Assembly: GCA_963664875.1 (NCBI GenBank) | Contig: OY761611.1 | Location: 416,001 to 480,000 of the forward strand | Origin: Candidatus Kapaibacterium sp. | GTDB lineage: Bacteria > Bacteroidota > Ignavibacteria > Kapaibacteriales > UBA2268 | DNA length: 64,000 bases | Reading direction: 5' to 3' | Part shown: positions 31,537 through 40,963 of the stretch, one piece after another | Layout: each line of letters starts with the position of its first letter | Position numbering within the stretch: the stretch's first letter is position 1 | Program-made: the position numbers and the translations under genes | Notes under the pieces: model-generated | Database searches by the model: none | The model's input: only the letters and a program-made list of their open reading frames with translations | Told to the model about the DNA's origin: nothing

Positions 31537-32271
31537 CTATTTTGCTTCTTCTGTCTTAGAAGTAGCTGGTTGTTGATCCACAGAAGCAGTCAAATCTATT
31601 GTTCTACCATCTGCCAAAGTTACAGCCAATGGTTGCCATACAGCACGTAAAGTTTGCAGATTTTGACGTAGAAAGACATCATTTTGATTATTGATATCGT
31701 GTTTATAAGCCGGTGTAATGATTTGTTCTTCAATTCCTGCAGCAATTTGCTTTTTGATGTTTACCGGGAATCTTTTAACAACTCTATTTTGCTGGTCAAC
31801 AGCATTTATATAGCCCTGCAGGTTAGTTATTGCCTGTGAAGAAGTATTTTTTATAGTAAATGCCATAACATTTGCATAGACTTTTTCAGCCTCATTGTCT
31901 TTCATTTCAAATTTTTCGAATTTAAAAGTATGAGTAAAATTAACTTCAGTTTTCAAAGCTGTATTCTTTAAACCGGTCACAGTAACATCACGAGATAGCT
32001 GCTCTTGAGAAGCAATTATGTCACCAATAGTTTTACCTATAACTGAATCGCGAACACCGCCAAGTCGTGCTAAGCCTTGATTAAGAAGAGTAATATCTTT
32101 GAGTGACATTACTTCATCATGCTGAATCTTTTTAGCCAATTCGGTAATGTTGTTTTCTGTAAAGACTTCTTTGAGTAAAGGTGATTTCGGCTCTGCCTGA
32201 TTGCATGAATAAATGCTTGCAACAATCAAAAGTGCTGAAAGTGCTTTAGCTGTTTTAAACGATTTGGACAT
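31537..32271 (-). CDS. Hypothetical lipoprotein
   Basis: Lipobox IYSC; GGAG RBS; TAtcTTTG promoter motif at 32322-32329. Confidence 0.7.
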   Translation of the reverse strand: MSKSFKTAKALSALLIVASIYSCNQAEPKSPLLKEVFTENNITELAKKIQHDEVMSLKDITLLNQGLARLGGVRDSVIGKTIGDIIASQEQLSRDVTVTGLKNTALKTEVNFTHTFKFEKFEMKDNEAEKVYANVMAFTIKNTSSQAITNLQGYINAVDQQNRVVKRFPVNIKKQIAAGIEEQIITPAYKHDINNQNDVFLRQNLQTLRAVWQPLAVTLADGRTIDLTASVDQQPATSKTEEAK

Positions 32272-32359
32272 ATTAGCTCCTCGAAGCTTTTAATATAACA
32301 TACTTGTCTTGTAGAATTATACAAAGATAATTAAGTATTGTAAAATTCCAATAGAATAA

Positions 32360-33247
32360 TTATAAAAATGATTTGACGAGGCCATATCTCAATCCATGAG
32401 AGCTGATATTGATAGGCTTTTCTACAATTTTTGAAATCCTGTCTAATATCAGTGCGCCTGCACCGATTAAATCCGCTCTTTTGGGATGAACTTTATATAA
32501 ATTTTGTATGGTCAATGCATCTGCTGTCAAATATTTTTTCGTTATATCACAAAGAGTTTCAGGATCCAAAATGCTGCCATGTACAATATGGTCATCAAAA
32601 TCATCTAAATTAAGGGCAGTAGTCGCTATAGTAGTAGCAGTACCGCCAACTGCATAGATATCACCTGAAAAAGCTTTGAGGTTAGTTTTATCAAGCATTT
32701 CGTCGATATATTTGACAGCAGCTCGAATTTGATCTGAAGTAGGAGGGGAGTCTTTCAAAAATTTTTCAGTTATCCTGACAGCACCAATTTGCAGACTTTC
32801 TCGCGATGTAATTAGTCCGCTTTCTCCGGTAATGAGTTCGGTACTTCCACCGCCAATATCTATGACAAGTGATTTGAATGGTTTTGTTACTGTACCCAAA
32901 AAGCTATATCTTGCTTCCTCTGCACCGGATATAATTTCTATTTTTCTTCCTAAATGAAATTCGATTATATCGGCTACTACTTCACGATTTTTTGCATCAC
33001 GCATAGCACTGGTAGCAACTGCTTTGACATTACAAATGCCGTGTTTATTTAACTCAAAAGCGTATTTCTCGAATACTTTGACTGCTCTTTCAATAGCTTG
33101 GTCGTTTATATACCCACTTTTATCAACACCCTCGCCAAGTCTCACAATTTCATGATAATCTTCTACTACTCTTAGTTCTGAGTTTTGGAACTCGGCGATT
33201 AGCATTAGTATAGTATTGGTTCCTATATCAATTCCTGCGATTTTCAA
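32360..33247 (-). CDS. ppx: Ppx/GppA family exopolyphosphatase (short form)
   Basis: IDIGTNT, VRLGEG, ATSAMRDA, ISGAEEA, IDIGGGSTE, GLRYG; TTG start. Confidence 0.9.
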   Translation of the reverse strand: MKIAGIDIGTNTILMLIAEFQNSELRVVEDYHEIVRLGEGVDKSGYINDQAIERAVKVFEKYAFELNKHGICNVKAVATSAMRDAKNREVVADIIEFHLGRKIEIISGAEEARYSFLGTVTKPFKSLVIDIGGGSTELITGESGLITSRESLQIGAVRITEKFLKDSPPTSDQIRAAVKYIDEMLDKTNLKAFSGDIYAVGGTATTIATTALNLDDFDDHIVHGSILDPETLCDITKKYLTADALTIQNLYKVHPKRADLIGAGALILDRISKIVEKPINISSHGLRYGLVKSFL

Positions 33248-33254
33248 TATTCAC

Positions 33255-34100
33255 CTATTGTTTTATTCTAAATTTAATACCAACCCATTCATCGTCTTGT
33301 TTTACTTCTTCCAACTCAAATCCCAGATCTAAAGCTGGTTGGATTACGTCATCCTTATGGTAAACTAAAATACCTGAAACAAGTAATACACCTTTACTTG
33401 CTTGTAGGCTTTTATAAAACGCAGGTAAAAATTCGAGTATAATGTGAAGGTTTATGTTTGCAGCAATGCCATCTACCTGAGGCATTTGTAGTTTGTCAAT
33501 TTCTGATAATACCAACTCTATATTTTTGCAATTATTTATTTCAGCATTTTCTTGAGCATTTTCAATACTCCAATGATCATTATCAAATGCATAAATATAT
33601 GATGCTCCGAGTTTTTCTGCCAATATAGCGAGAACACCTGTCCCTGTACCAGCGTCAATCCATCTACTTTTTTGTTTTACTTCTTGTTCCATCAACTGAC
33701 AAACTAGTCTCGTAGTGGAATGTGAGCCGGTTCCAAAAGACATTTTAGGATTGATAAGAAGTATAATCTCTTCTGTTAGTTCATTTTCTTTCCATGTAGG
33801 AGCAATTCCTATTCGGTCTGAAACATGTATAGCCTGAACATTTTTCTCCCATTCTTCATTCCAGTTCGTCTCTTCAATGGTTGTAACGTTAGTAATATCA
33901 GCACTTGGTATAAGCTCTTTAATATTATGCTTTAACAATTCTAATAGTTCCTCATTGTAAGCGTTGCTATCAAAAGAAACTATCATTTCATCAAATTTCT
34001 CTTCGACCCCCAGGAATTGAAGTTCTCCAAGCACTGCATATACTAAATCATAATACTCTTCGTAAACAGATATAGTGACATTGACGTACTGCTTTTTCAT
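33255..34100 (-). CDS. prmA: 50S ribosomal protein L11 methyltransferase
   Basis: NWNEEW, PKMSFGTGSHSTT, DAGTGTGVL, ANI. Confidence 0.9.
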   Translation of the reverse strand: MKKQYVNVTISVYEEYYDLVYAVLGELQFLGVEEKFDEMIVSFDSNAYNEELLELLKHNIKELIPSADITNVTTIEETNWNEEWEKNVQAIHVSDRIGIAPTWKENELTEEIILLINPKMSFGTGSHSTTRLVCQLMEQEVKQKSRWIDAGTGTGVLAILAEKLGASYIYAFDNDHWSIENAQENAEINNCKNIELVLSEIDKLQMPQVDGIAANINLHIILEFLPAFYKSLQASKGVLLVSGILVYHKDDVIQPALDLGFELEEVKQDDEWVGIKFRIKQ

Positions 34101-34209
34101 ACTATACTCAAAAAAATAAATAAATAGAAAGTTTTATATCTTAACTAAAATGATTATGTTTCGTACTATAAAATAGTCAATTCAACAATACAAAAATAGC
34201 GAAACTGCA

Positions 34210-34734
34210 ATGATAATAAAAGACCTAAAGAGTAAACTTTCAAAAGTCAAACTTTTAGTGATGGATGTTGACGGCACTTTAACTGATGGAGCTATGTATT
34301 ATTCTGCGAGCGGCGAAGAGTTAAAGCGTTTTTCTACAAGAGATGGAATGGGAATCACATTACTTCAAAAGTCAGGAATTAAGACAGCTATAGTTACAAG
34401 TGAGGCTTCACAAATAGCTTTAAAGCGTGGTGAAAAACTAAAAATAGACAAAATTATACTTGGATCTAAAGATAAAACATCAGCTTTGGAAGAATTATGT
34501 AAGTATTTTGAAATAAATATAGAAGAAATTGCCTATATTGGTGATGACGTTAATGACTTACATGCTATGAAAATGGCAGGCATAAGTGCTTGTCCCGGAG
34601 ATTCTGTAGAGTCAATCAAAAATATTGCAGATTATATTTGCATTGCAAATGGCGGTAACGGAGCCGTAAGAGAGCTTTGCGAAAAGATATTAAAAGCACA
34701 AGAAAAACCAATAATACTAACCGAAAACTGGTAA
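34210..34734 (+). CDS. kdsC: 3-deoxy-D-manno-octulosonate 8-phosphate phosphatase (HAD family)
   Basis: DVDGTLTDG, RDGMGI, YIGDDVND, GGNGAVRE. Confidence 0.85.
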   Translation: MIIKDLKSKLSKVKLLVMDVDGTLTDGAMYYSASGEELKRFSTRDGMGITLLQKSGIKTAIVTSEASQIALKRGEKLKIDKIILGSKDKTSALEELCKYFEINIEEIAYIGDDVNDLHAMKMAGISACPGDSVESIKNIADYICIANGGNGAVRELCEKILKAQEKPIILTENW

Positions 34735-34749
34735 TCAAAGGAGGATACC

Positions 34750-35154
34750 ATGGGAAAAGAACATGATAACTACACAAAAGGCTTTCTATTGGGTGCAATT
34801 GTCGGTGGAGTAGCCGGAGCTGTAACAGCATTATTATTTGCCCCTAAAAGTGGAGCTGAGTTGAGAAAAGATATCGCGGAAACATCTACTCAACTTTATG
34901 ACAAGAGTAAAGATTATTTCGTAACAGTAGAAGATTCTGTTAGCAAAGCGATTTCAAATACTGTAAACGAAGGAAGAATCAAAGCTCAAAGTATAGTTGA
35001 ATCTGCAAAGCGTCAAGCTGAAGGTATCATCGAAAATGCTGAACATGTACTCTCAGATGCAAAGGCAAAAGCTACACAGGTTAAAGATGCAGCTAAAGCA
35101 GGTGCAGATGCTTTTAGAGATGAGATGAAAGCTGCAGATTACAGAAAAGGGTAA
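34750..35154 (+). CDS. YtxH domain protein
   Basis: FLLGAIVGGVAGAVTALLFAPKSGAELR followed by helical tail. Confidence 0.9.
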   Translation: MGKEHDNYTKGFLLGAIVGGVAGAVTALLFAPKSGAELRKDIAETSTQLYDKSKDYFVTVEDSVSKAISNTVNEGRIKAQSIVESAKRQAEGIIENAEHVLSDAKAKATQVKDAAKAGADAFRDEMKAADYRKG

Positions 35155-35159
35155 AAGAT

Positions 35160-35633
35160 ATGGATATAATGCTAAAAATCGCAGCTTTAGCAGCATTGGT
35201 ATCAATTACTTTACTAGCGTTAATGGCAATATCTTCTCTGTCAAAATTCAATAAATCTTTTGAAATAATTTTAGATAACATCAAAAGAGTTACTACAGAC
35301 CTAAATTCGGTAAAAGATAAAATTTCTAATCTTGTTGATGGTATGAATGAATTGCGATCAGAGTTGAGTTATAAGATGAGAGAAATTAGTGAACTTAAAA
35401 ATTCGACTGAAGAATCTCTCAGGCACTTTAATGAAATGAGCATCAAAGTCAAAAATACAACTGAAAAGTTCGAAAATAGGGTAGATCAGATAACCGGAGT
35501 TTTCAAACCATTTGAAATATTGATTGAATCTGTTTATGATAAAATTGCTCCGCCGGTCAATCAATCCGCTACTTTCATAAGTGCTGCTATAAAAGCCATA
35601 GGCGTGTTTGCAAGTAAAGTTACCAACAGGTAA
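35160..35633 (+). CDS. Membrane-anchored coiled-coil protein (DUF948/YtxG-like)
   Basis: N-terminal TM helix then long amphipathic helices; adjacent to YtxH gene. Confidence 0.6.
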   Translation: MDIMLKIAALAALVSITLLALMAISSLSKFNKSFEIILDNIKRVTTDLNSVKDKISNLVDGMNELRSELSYKMREISELKNSTEESLRHFNEMSIKVKNTTEKFENRVDQITGVFKPFEILIESVYDKIAPPVNQSATFISAAIKAIGVFASKVTNR

Positions 35634-35670
35634 AAAAAAGCCGTTTAAATTCAGTTTAAACGGCTTTTTT
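35634..35670. terminator. Bidirectional terminator
   Basis: AAAAAAGCCGTTTAAA-TTCAG-TTTAAACGGCTTTTTT. Confidence 0.85.
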
Positions 35671-35746
35671 TAGGATTATTTTCCAAATTATTTCTCTCAC
35701 AAATCTATAATCTTAAAAAGATTCGTAAGATTGATTTTAATCTAAA

Positions 35747-36274
35747 CTATTTGATTTCTGCTGTAGCTGGTTTTGCAGCAAGTTTTTCAGAAATAGCATA
35801 AGTGCCAAATATAATTGCTGAAAACAACATTGAAGATGCTAATGTGCTTTTAAAGAATGGTATTGCAGCCACATAACAAGCAACCAAGCCACTAAAATCA
35901 AGAGTGTACATGCCACTCATAGCCCATACAGCAAAGTTTGTAACTACAAAAAACAACAATGCAGATACTACAGAAGAAGCAGCAACATTTTTAATATTTG
36001 GATTTGACACGAATTTTTGACCGATGAGTACAGTAAGTAAGAAACTTCCGTAAACAGCAAACATTGTGTTATGAAATCCAAAGTAAATGTCTGTCAATAG
36101 CATAGCTGCAACCGGAATAACATAAGCAAGTTTTTTGTTGAGCATAGCACCACCAAAAAGAGCCATAGCCATTACAGGTGAAAAGTTAGGCATTCCTGCA
36201 AAAAGGAATCTTGAAAATGCTGCAACTGCAATAAGTGCAATTACTAAAACGAGATTTGCGTTTTTTCCGCTCAT
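35747..36274 (-). CDS. DUF6580-family putative transporter (ECF S-component-like)
   Basis: PNFSPVMAMALFGGA, LFFVVTNFAVW, YVAAIPFF; several TM helices. Confidence 0.75.
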   Translation of the reverse strand: MSGKNANLVLVIALIAVAAFSRFLFAGMPNFSPVMAMALFGGAMLNKKLAYVIPVAAMLLTDIYFGFHNTMFAVYGSFLLTVLIGQKFVSNPNIKNVAASSVVSALLFFVVTNFAVWAMSGMYTLDFSGLVACYVAAIPFFKSTLASSMLFSAIIFGTYAISEKLAAKPATAEIK

Positions 36275-36416
36275 TTCAATTTACATCATTAAAGTTTTAC
36301 ATATTACTTAGTACCTGCAAAATAAGGTATAATAGGGAATTATCCTAATAATGCAGACAACATATTTTATTAGAGACAAATATTAGTTTACATAATATAT
36401 ATTATATTCCTAATAT

Positions 36417-36596
36417 TTATTCGTCATCCAACATGATTTTGATAGTTTTCAATACATCAGGATCTGCCTGACTAACACGAGCTTGTATTTTAGTCATCAT
36501 TTCTTTGGCTATCAGCTCGCGAAGCAACCTATCCTCATGTGACATGTTATCAGACTTTTCCGGTAGTTTAGCCGGTTTTTTATCTTTCTTAGCCAT
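36417..36596 (-). CDS. Small 59-aa hypothetical protein (not in ORF track)
   Basis: Own translation MAKKDKKPAKLPEKSDNMSHEDRLLRELIAKEMMTKIQARVSQADPDVLKTIKIMLDDE; GGAG 7 nt upstream of ATG; fills gap downstream of pyrC. Confidence 0.6.
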   Translation of the reverse strand: MAKKDKKPAKLPEKSDNMSHEDRLLRELIAKEMMTKIQARVSQADPDVLKTIKIMLDDE

Positions 36597-36653
36597 TTTG
36601 CTACTCCGAAGAAAGTATCTATATTATTATAAACGAGATACTTAAGCAAAATA

Positions 36654-37937
36654 TTATAAAGTTGACTCAACTAATTTGTTATTGTTTATCACCATTTTAG
36701 CTTTACCTTTGAATACATAGCCATCAAACGGTGAATTAAGCGATTTTGATTTTGATTTCTTTTGGCTGTAAGTCCATTCTTCAGTAGGATTAAAAATACT
36801 GATATTTGCTTTTGCACCGTTTTCAAAAGAAATCTTATCTAAGCCACAGATATTTCTAGGGTTTACAGACATCTTTTCTATAAGTTGGCTTATAGTTAAA
36901 TGTCCCGGTTCTACCAAGGCTGTAATAGCAATACCCAAAGCAGACTCTAAGCCTAAAATACCATTAGGAGCTAACTCAAATTCTACATCTTTTTCATGCA
37001 ATGCGTGCGGAGCATGATCTGAAGCTATACAATCGATAGTTCCGTCTTTTAAGCCCTCAAGAATTTCGTTTAAGTCGTCAAACCCTCTTAATGGTGGGTT
37101 CATTTTATAGTTTGTATCATATTTTTCCATATGACTGTCATCAAGGAAGAAATGATGTGGAGTAACTTCTGCAGATACTCTTTGACCGTTAGCTTTAGCC
37201 TCTCTTACGAGCTTTACTGCACCTTTTGTGCTTATATGAGAAACATGGTATCTTCTGTTGCCTAAGTAATTAGCTAACATCAAATCTCTTGCAACCATAA
37301 TGTCTTCAGCGACTGAAGGATAACCTTTGAGACCTAACTTATAAGACTGAGGAGTTTCATTTACTGCATATCCATGAGTTAAATGCGTATCTTCGCAATG
37401 CTGTGAGATTAGTAAATCATGGCTTGCAGCATAATCAAAAGCTCGTCTCATTACTTCAGTATCAATAATGGAAGCACCGTCGTCAGTAAAAAGTACTGCA
37501 CCACTTTTGATCATTTCAAGCATTGGTGCAATCAATTTACCTTCTCTGTTTTTAGTAATTGCACCGGCAACATGTACATCTACCGCTAAACCCTGCGATT
37601 TTTCTTTTATATAAGAAATCACAGTCGCATTGTCTATAGAAGGATCTGTATTTGGCATACATACTAAACCGGTAAATCCACCGTTAGCGGCACAGTTTGT
37701 ACCTGTTTTGATATCTTCTTTGTATTCAAAGCCCGGTTCTCTCAAGTGCACATGCATATCAAACAATCCCGGTGAAGCTACTAAATTAGTACCGTCAATT
37801 ATTTTTGTGTCGCTGTCAGTTTGTGCAGCTTCTTTAGAAGAATGGCAGATAATACCATCTTTAATCCAAAGATTACGAACTTCATCTAAACCTTCGTAAG
37901 GATTGATTACTCTGATGTTTTGGATATAAATATTCAA
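36654..37937 (-). CDS. pyrC: Dihydroorotase (type I, long form)
   Basis: DMHVHLREPG, CMPNT, KMNPPLR, ASDHAPH; TTG start with GGAGG RBS. Confidence 0.92.
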   Translation of the reverse strand: MNIYIQNIRVINPYEGLDEVRNLWIKDGIICHSSKEAAQTDSDTKIIDGTNLVASPGLFDMHVHLREPGFEYKEDIKTGTNCAANGGFTGLVCMPNTDPSIDNATVISYIKEKSQGLAVDVHVAGAITKNREGKLIAPMLEMIKSGAVLFTDDGASIIDTEVMRRAFDYAASHDLLISQHCEDTHLTHGYAVNETPQSYKLGLKGYPSVAEDIMVARDLMLANYLGNRRYHVSHISTKGAVKLVREAKANGQRVSAEVTPHHFFLDDSHMEKYDTNYKMNPPLRGFDDLNEILEGLKDGTIDCIASDHAPHALHEKDVEFELAPNGILGLESALGIAITALVEPGHLTISQLIEKMSVNPRNICGLDKISFENGAKANISIFNPTEEWTYSQKKSKSKSLNSPFDGYVFKGKAKMVINNNKLVESTL

Positions 37938-38029
37938 GATGCCTCCTACTCATTGAGCTATATTTTGAATTGTTTAGTTTTGTGTATCATTGCAAAATAA
38001 CTTATTTGAAGTTTTAATTCAACAAGAAA

Positions 38030-38073
38030 ATATCTTATGCTTTGACATGTTCTCAAATATAAAGCATAAGATA
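38030..38073 (-). terminator. Hairpin downstream of chaN
   Basis: ATATCTTATGCTTT...AAAGCATAAGATAT, 14-bp stem. Confidence 0.6.
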
Positions 38074-38095
38074 TTGATATATATCAGAGATACTT

Positions 38096-39052
38096 CTAAT
38101 GAGTCTTTGTCATATCTTTATCCACAACTATTATAAAATCGGCAATATTGAGATTTGATTCTTCTAATTTTTCTAAAGAATCCTGCTCGACTGTGGATAT
38201 TGTTAGTACTTCAATATTTTTATTTTCTTGTTTCAAATACCAGTTTATTCCTTCGTATTTATCAGAATGATAGCTACCATTCAAATGTATAAATATGTAA
38301 TTAGATTTCAGGTTTTTATTGATGAAATGTGCCATAGTAGCGTCTTTGACAGCCTGTGCCTGAGCTATGTATGATAAATTTGGCTTTTTCATCATCGGAT
38401 TTGCAGCTGCCGGCATTTTCATTTTCAGAGAGTCAGAATTAGTGCTATCTGATTTCTGAGACATAGGACTACCATGCATTGCCATAGGCTCCATAAGAGC
38501 AGCATAAGTAGGAAGTGTCGCATCAAATTTTACAGGTAAAGGAGCAATATATTGCTGTGCTTCATTGCTTAAAAGTGCAAGTTCATCTAAGCCGTTTCTG
38601 GCTACAAAACCAGCATATCTACGTGGAATATTTGTTGCAACAAAACTTAATTGATTTTCTTTTGCGAACTCTATAATAGGTTTATAATCCGTTGCATAAT
38701 TATCCCACAGTTTTGCTTCCTTAGAGAAATATTTATCAGTAATCTGATCTTGAAAGTATTCGTTAATTATTAGCTGGTCGTCTGATTCAAACATTTCTGC
38801 CCCTAAAATAAGCTTCTTATCATTCTTTTCAAACAGAGCTTTTGTCAATTTGAATTGAAGGAAATGAGAAATTGGGTTGTTGTGGTATTCACCAAATAAA
38901 ACAACTTGGTTATCCTCAGCAGCATCTACTATGTCAGTGAATTCAACCTCTTCCCCATCTTTATCAAAGATTTTGAAAGGGAGTGCTGTTTCTTCAGAAT
39001 GCAATTGGTTAAACATAATTGCACCAATAATAAGAATTAGAAATATTTTCAT
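38096..39052 (-). CDS. ChaN-family (heme/iron-uptake associated) exported protein
   Basis: VVLFGEYHNNP, GAEMFE, ATNIPRRYA, AQAVKDATMA, NGSYHSD; start at ATG 39052 gives a signal peptide. Confidence 0.8.
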   Translation of the reverse strand: MKIFLILIIGAIMFNQLHSEETALPFKIFDKDGEEVEFTDIVDAAEDNQVVLFGEYHNNPISHFLQFKLTKALFEKNDKKLILGAEMFESDDQLIINEYFQDQITDKYFSKEAKLWDNYATDYKPIIEFAKENQLSFVATNIPRRYAGFVARNGLDELALLSNEAQQYIAPLPVKFDATLPTYAALMEPMAMHGSPMSQKSDSTNSDSLKMKMPAAANPMMKKPNLSYIAQAQAVKDATMAHFINKNLKSNYIFIHLNGSYHSDKYEGINWYLKQENKNIEVLTISTVEQDSLEKLEESNLNIADFIIVVDKDMTKTH

Positions 39053-39056
39053 ATTG

Positions 39057-39686
39057 TTATCCTTCAAATAGTTCCATTTGTTTATCAAAATATTTTTTTA
39101 GGAAAGATTTTCTGTGAAATTCAGTAATTCCAAATTGATTTATTGCCTCATAATGGCTTTTAGTACCATAGCCTTTATGATTTTCGAATCCATATTGTGG
39201 ATAGATTGGAGCTATATGCTGTAATACCCATTTATCTCTTATAACTTTAGCTATTACGGAAGCGGCTGCAATCGTTACAGACTTAGAATCCCCTTTTATC
39301 ACAGTCTGATATGGGATACTGTCGTCATCAAATCTGTTCCCATCAATAAGCAAATAATCAGGTTTATTTTTTAGGCTATTAATAGCAATATGCATGGCTT
39401 TATAAGTAGCTTGAAGAATATTTATTCGATCAATTTCTTCGGGAAATACCATACCATAAGAATAATAGACTTTACCATGTAATAATTGAAAAAGTGCTTC
39501 TCTTTTAGAAGCACTTAATTTCTTAGAATCATTTAAACCTTCGATATCTAAACCGGAATGTGGAAATACAACAGCTGCAGCAACTACAGGTCCTGCAATA
39601 CAACCTCTCCCCACTTCATCAACTCCAACTATGGCATCATAATCAGAAATAAGTGTTTTCTCTATGTCAGAATTTGGATAGGTCAT
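39057..39686 (-). CDS. rnhB: Ribonuclease HII
   Basis: GVDEVGRG, DSKKL, IDGN, KGD, IAAASVIAKV, HKGYGT, HRKSF. Confidence 0.95.
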   Translation of the reverse strand: MTYPNSDIEKTLISDYDAIVGVDEVGRGCIAGPVVAAAVVFPHSGLDIEGLNDSKKLSASKREALFQLLHGKVYYSYGMVFPEEIDRINILQATYKAMHIAINSLKNKPDYLLIDGNRFDDDSIPYQTVIKGDSKSVTIAAASVIAKVIRDKWVLQHIAPIYPQYGFENHKGYGTKSHYEAINQFGITEFHRKSFLKKYFDKQMELFEG

Positions 39687-40438
39687 TATAAGTCATGATT
39701 GATAAGAGTCATGAACTCATTTCTTAATTTAAGATTGTGGAGTAGATAGCCTCGCATAACTGATGTAGTCATAAGAGCCTTTTCTTCTGAACCTCGTACA
39801 CCTCTGGCAATCATACAGTAATGACGTGCTTTTATTACAACTCCTAATGCTTTAGGTTGAAGGATTTCTTCTAAATAGTCGGCAATCTGTTCACCGAGTT
39901 CTTCTTGAATCTGACCTCGTCTGGAAAACCACTCGACAATTCTTGAGAGTTTAGATACACCAAGTACAAATTTACCGGGTATATAACCAATAACAGCTCT
40001 ACCTGAAATTGGTTCCCAGTGGTGAGAACAAACAGACATCACTTCAATACCCTCGCTTATAACAAGGTTATTTACTTTTTTTCTGTTCGGAAATACTGTC
40101 ATTTTAGGTGGTTCTTCGTACCTTCCTTTAAAAAGCTCATTCACATACATTTTTGCAATTCTTCTTGGAGTTTCTGTACTATTGGGATCTTTTAGAGAAA
40201 TTCTCATAATATCAAGTACTTCTTTAAATTTCTCTTCAAGATGGTGTATCATCTCCAATCGTTCTTTTTCAGAAATAGTTCTGTTCCCGTTTGCATCAAA
40301 CAACTCATAACCGAGAGAATTAAACCGAGGGAATAAATCCAATGCTTTTGATTCGTCTAATGTGCCTAAAAGCTCGTGCGATTTATTGATTTCTGACGGA
40401 AGACTATTAGAAGGCACAATATCTTTGTTTTCACTCAT
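39686..40438 (-). CDS. folE: GTP cyclohydrolase I
   Basis: TPRRIAKMY, SVCSHH, GVSKLSRIV, QIQEEL, HYCMIARG. Confidence 0.93.
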   Translation of the reverse strand: MSENKDIVPSNSLPSEINKSHELLGTLDESKALDLFPRFNSLGYELFDANGNRTISEKERLEMIHHLEEKFKEVLDIMRISLKDPNSTETPRRIAKMYVNELFKGRYEEPPKMTVFPNRKKVNNLVISEGIEVMSVCSHHWEPISGRAVIGYIPGKFVLGVSKLSRIVEWFSRRGQIQEELGEQIADYLEEILQPKALGVVIKARHYCMIARGVRGSEEKALMTTSVMRGYLLHNLKLRNEFMTLINHDL

Positions 40439-40445
40439 TACAACC

Positions 40446-40877
40446 TCACTTAAATACTTTTATTTCAGTCTTATCACCAAAATATTCGACATAACTTGTA
40501 TCTGTTTCGTAAATTTTGATTTTATGCAATTTACCTTCAGATATATTAGATTCCAAAATTTTCCAAAATTCAACAGCCATATTTTCTACTGTTGGTATTA
40601 TTCCTTTTAGAAAATCTACATCATGATTTAAGTGCTTGTGATCTACCTTATCAATAATATCGTCGATTAGTATTTTTTTTAGTTTTTTCAAATCAATTAC
40701 ATACCCTGTTTCGGGATTAGGTTCACCTGCGACGGTTACTTCAAGAGTATAGTTATGACCATGTCCCCAGTAATTGTTACATTTATCAAAAGTTTGTTCG
40801 TTCATTTCGTCAGAAAACTCAGGATTATACAACCTATGTGCCGCTGAGAATTTGACCTGCCTTGTTACGTAAATCAT
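40446..40877 (-). CDS. 6-pyruvoyl-tetrahydropterin synthase / QueD family protein
   Basis: FSAAHRL, CNNYWGHGHNY, DHKHLN, PTVEN, YET. Confidence 0.9.
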   Translation of the reverse strand: MIYVTRQVKFSAAHRLYNPEFSDEMNEQTFDKCNNYWGHGHNYTLEVTVAGEPNPETGYVIDLKKLKKILIDDIIDKVDHKHLNHDVDFLKGIIPTVENMAVEFWKILESNISEGKLHKIKIYETDTSYVEYFGDKTEIKVFK

Positions 40878-40963
40878 TCTTCTTTATCCTTTAGTTATTA
40901 TTTCCTATTTTTGGACGTTGTATAATTTAACTTATTACTTACATTTTTTAGTAAAGCAAAATT

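Noticed and set aside
36275-36416. Cobalamin riboswitch upstream of the DUF6580 transporter
   Set aside because: Region is short and very AT-rich with no recognisable B12-box.
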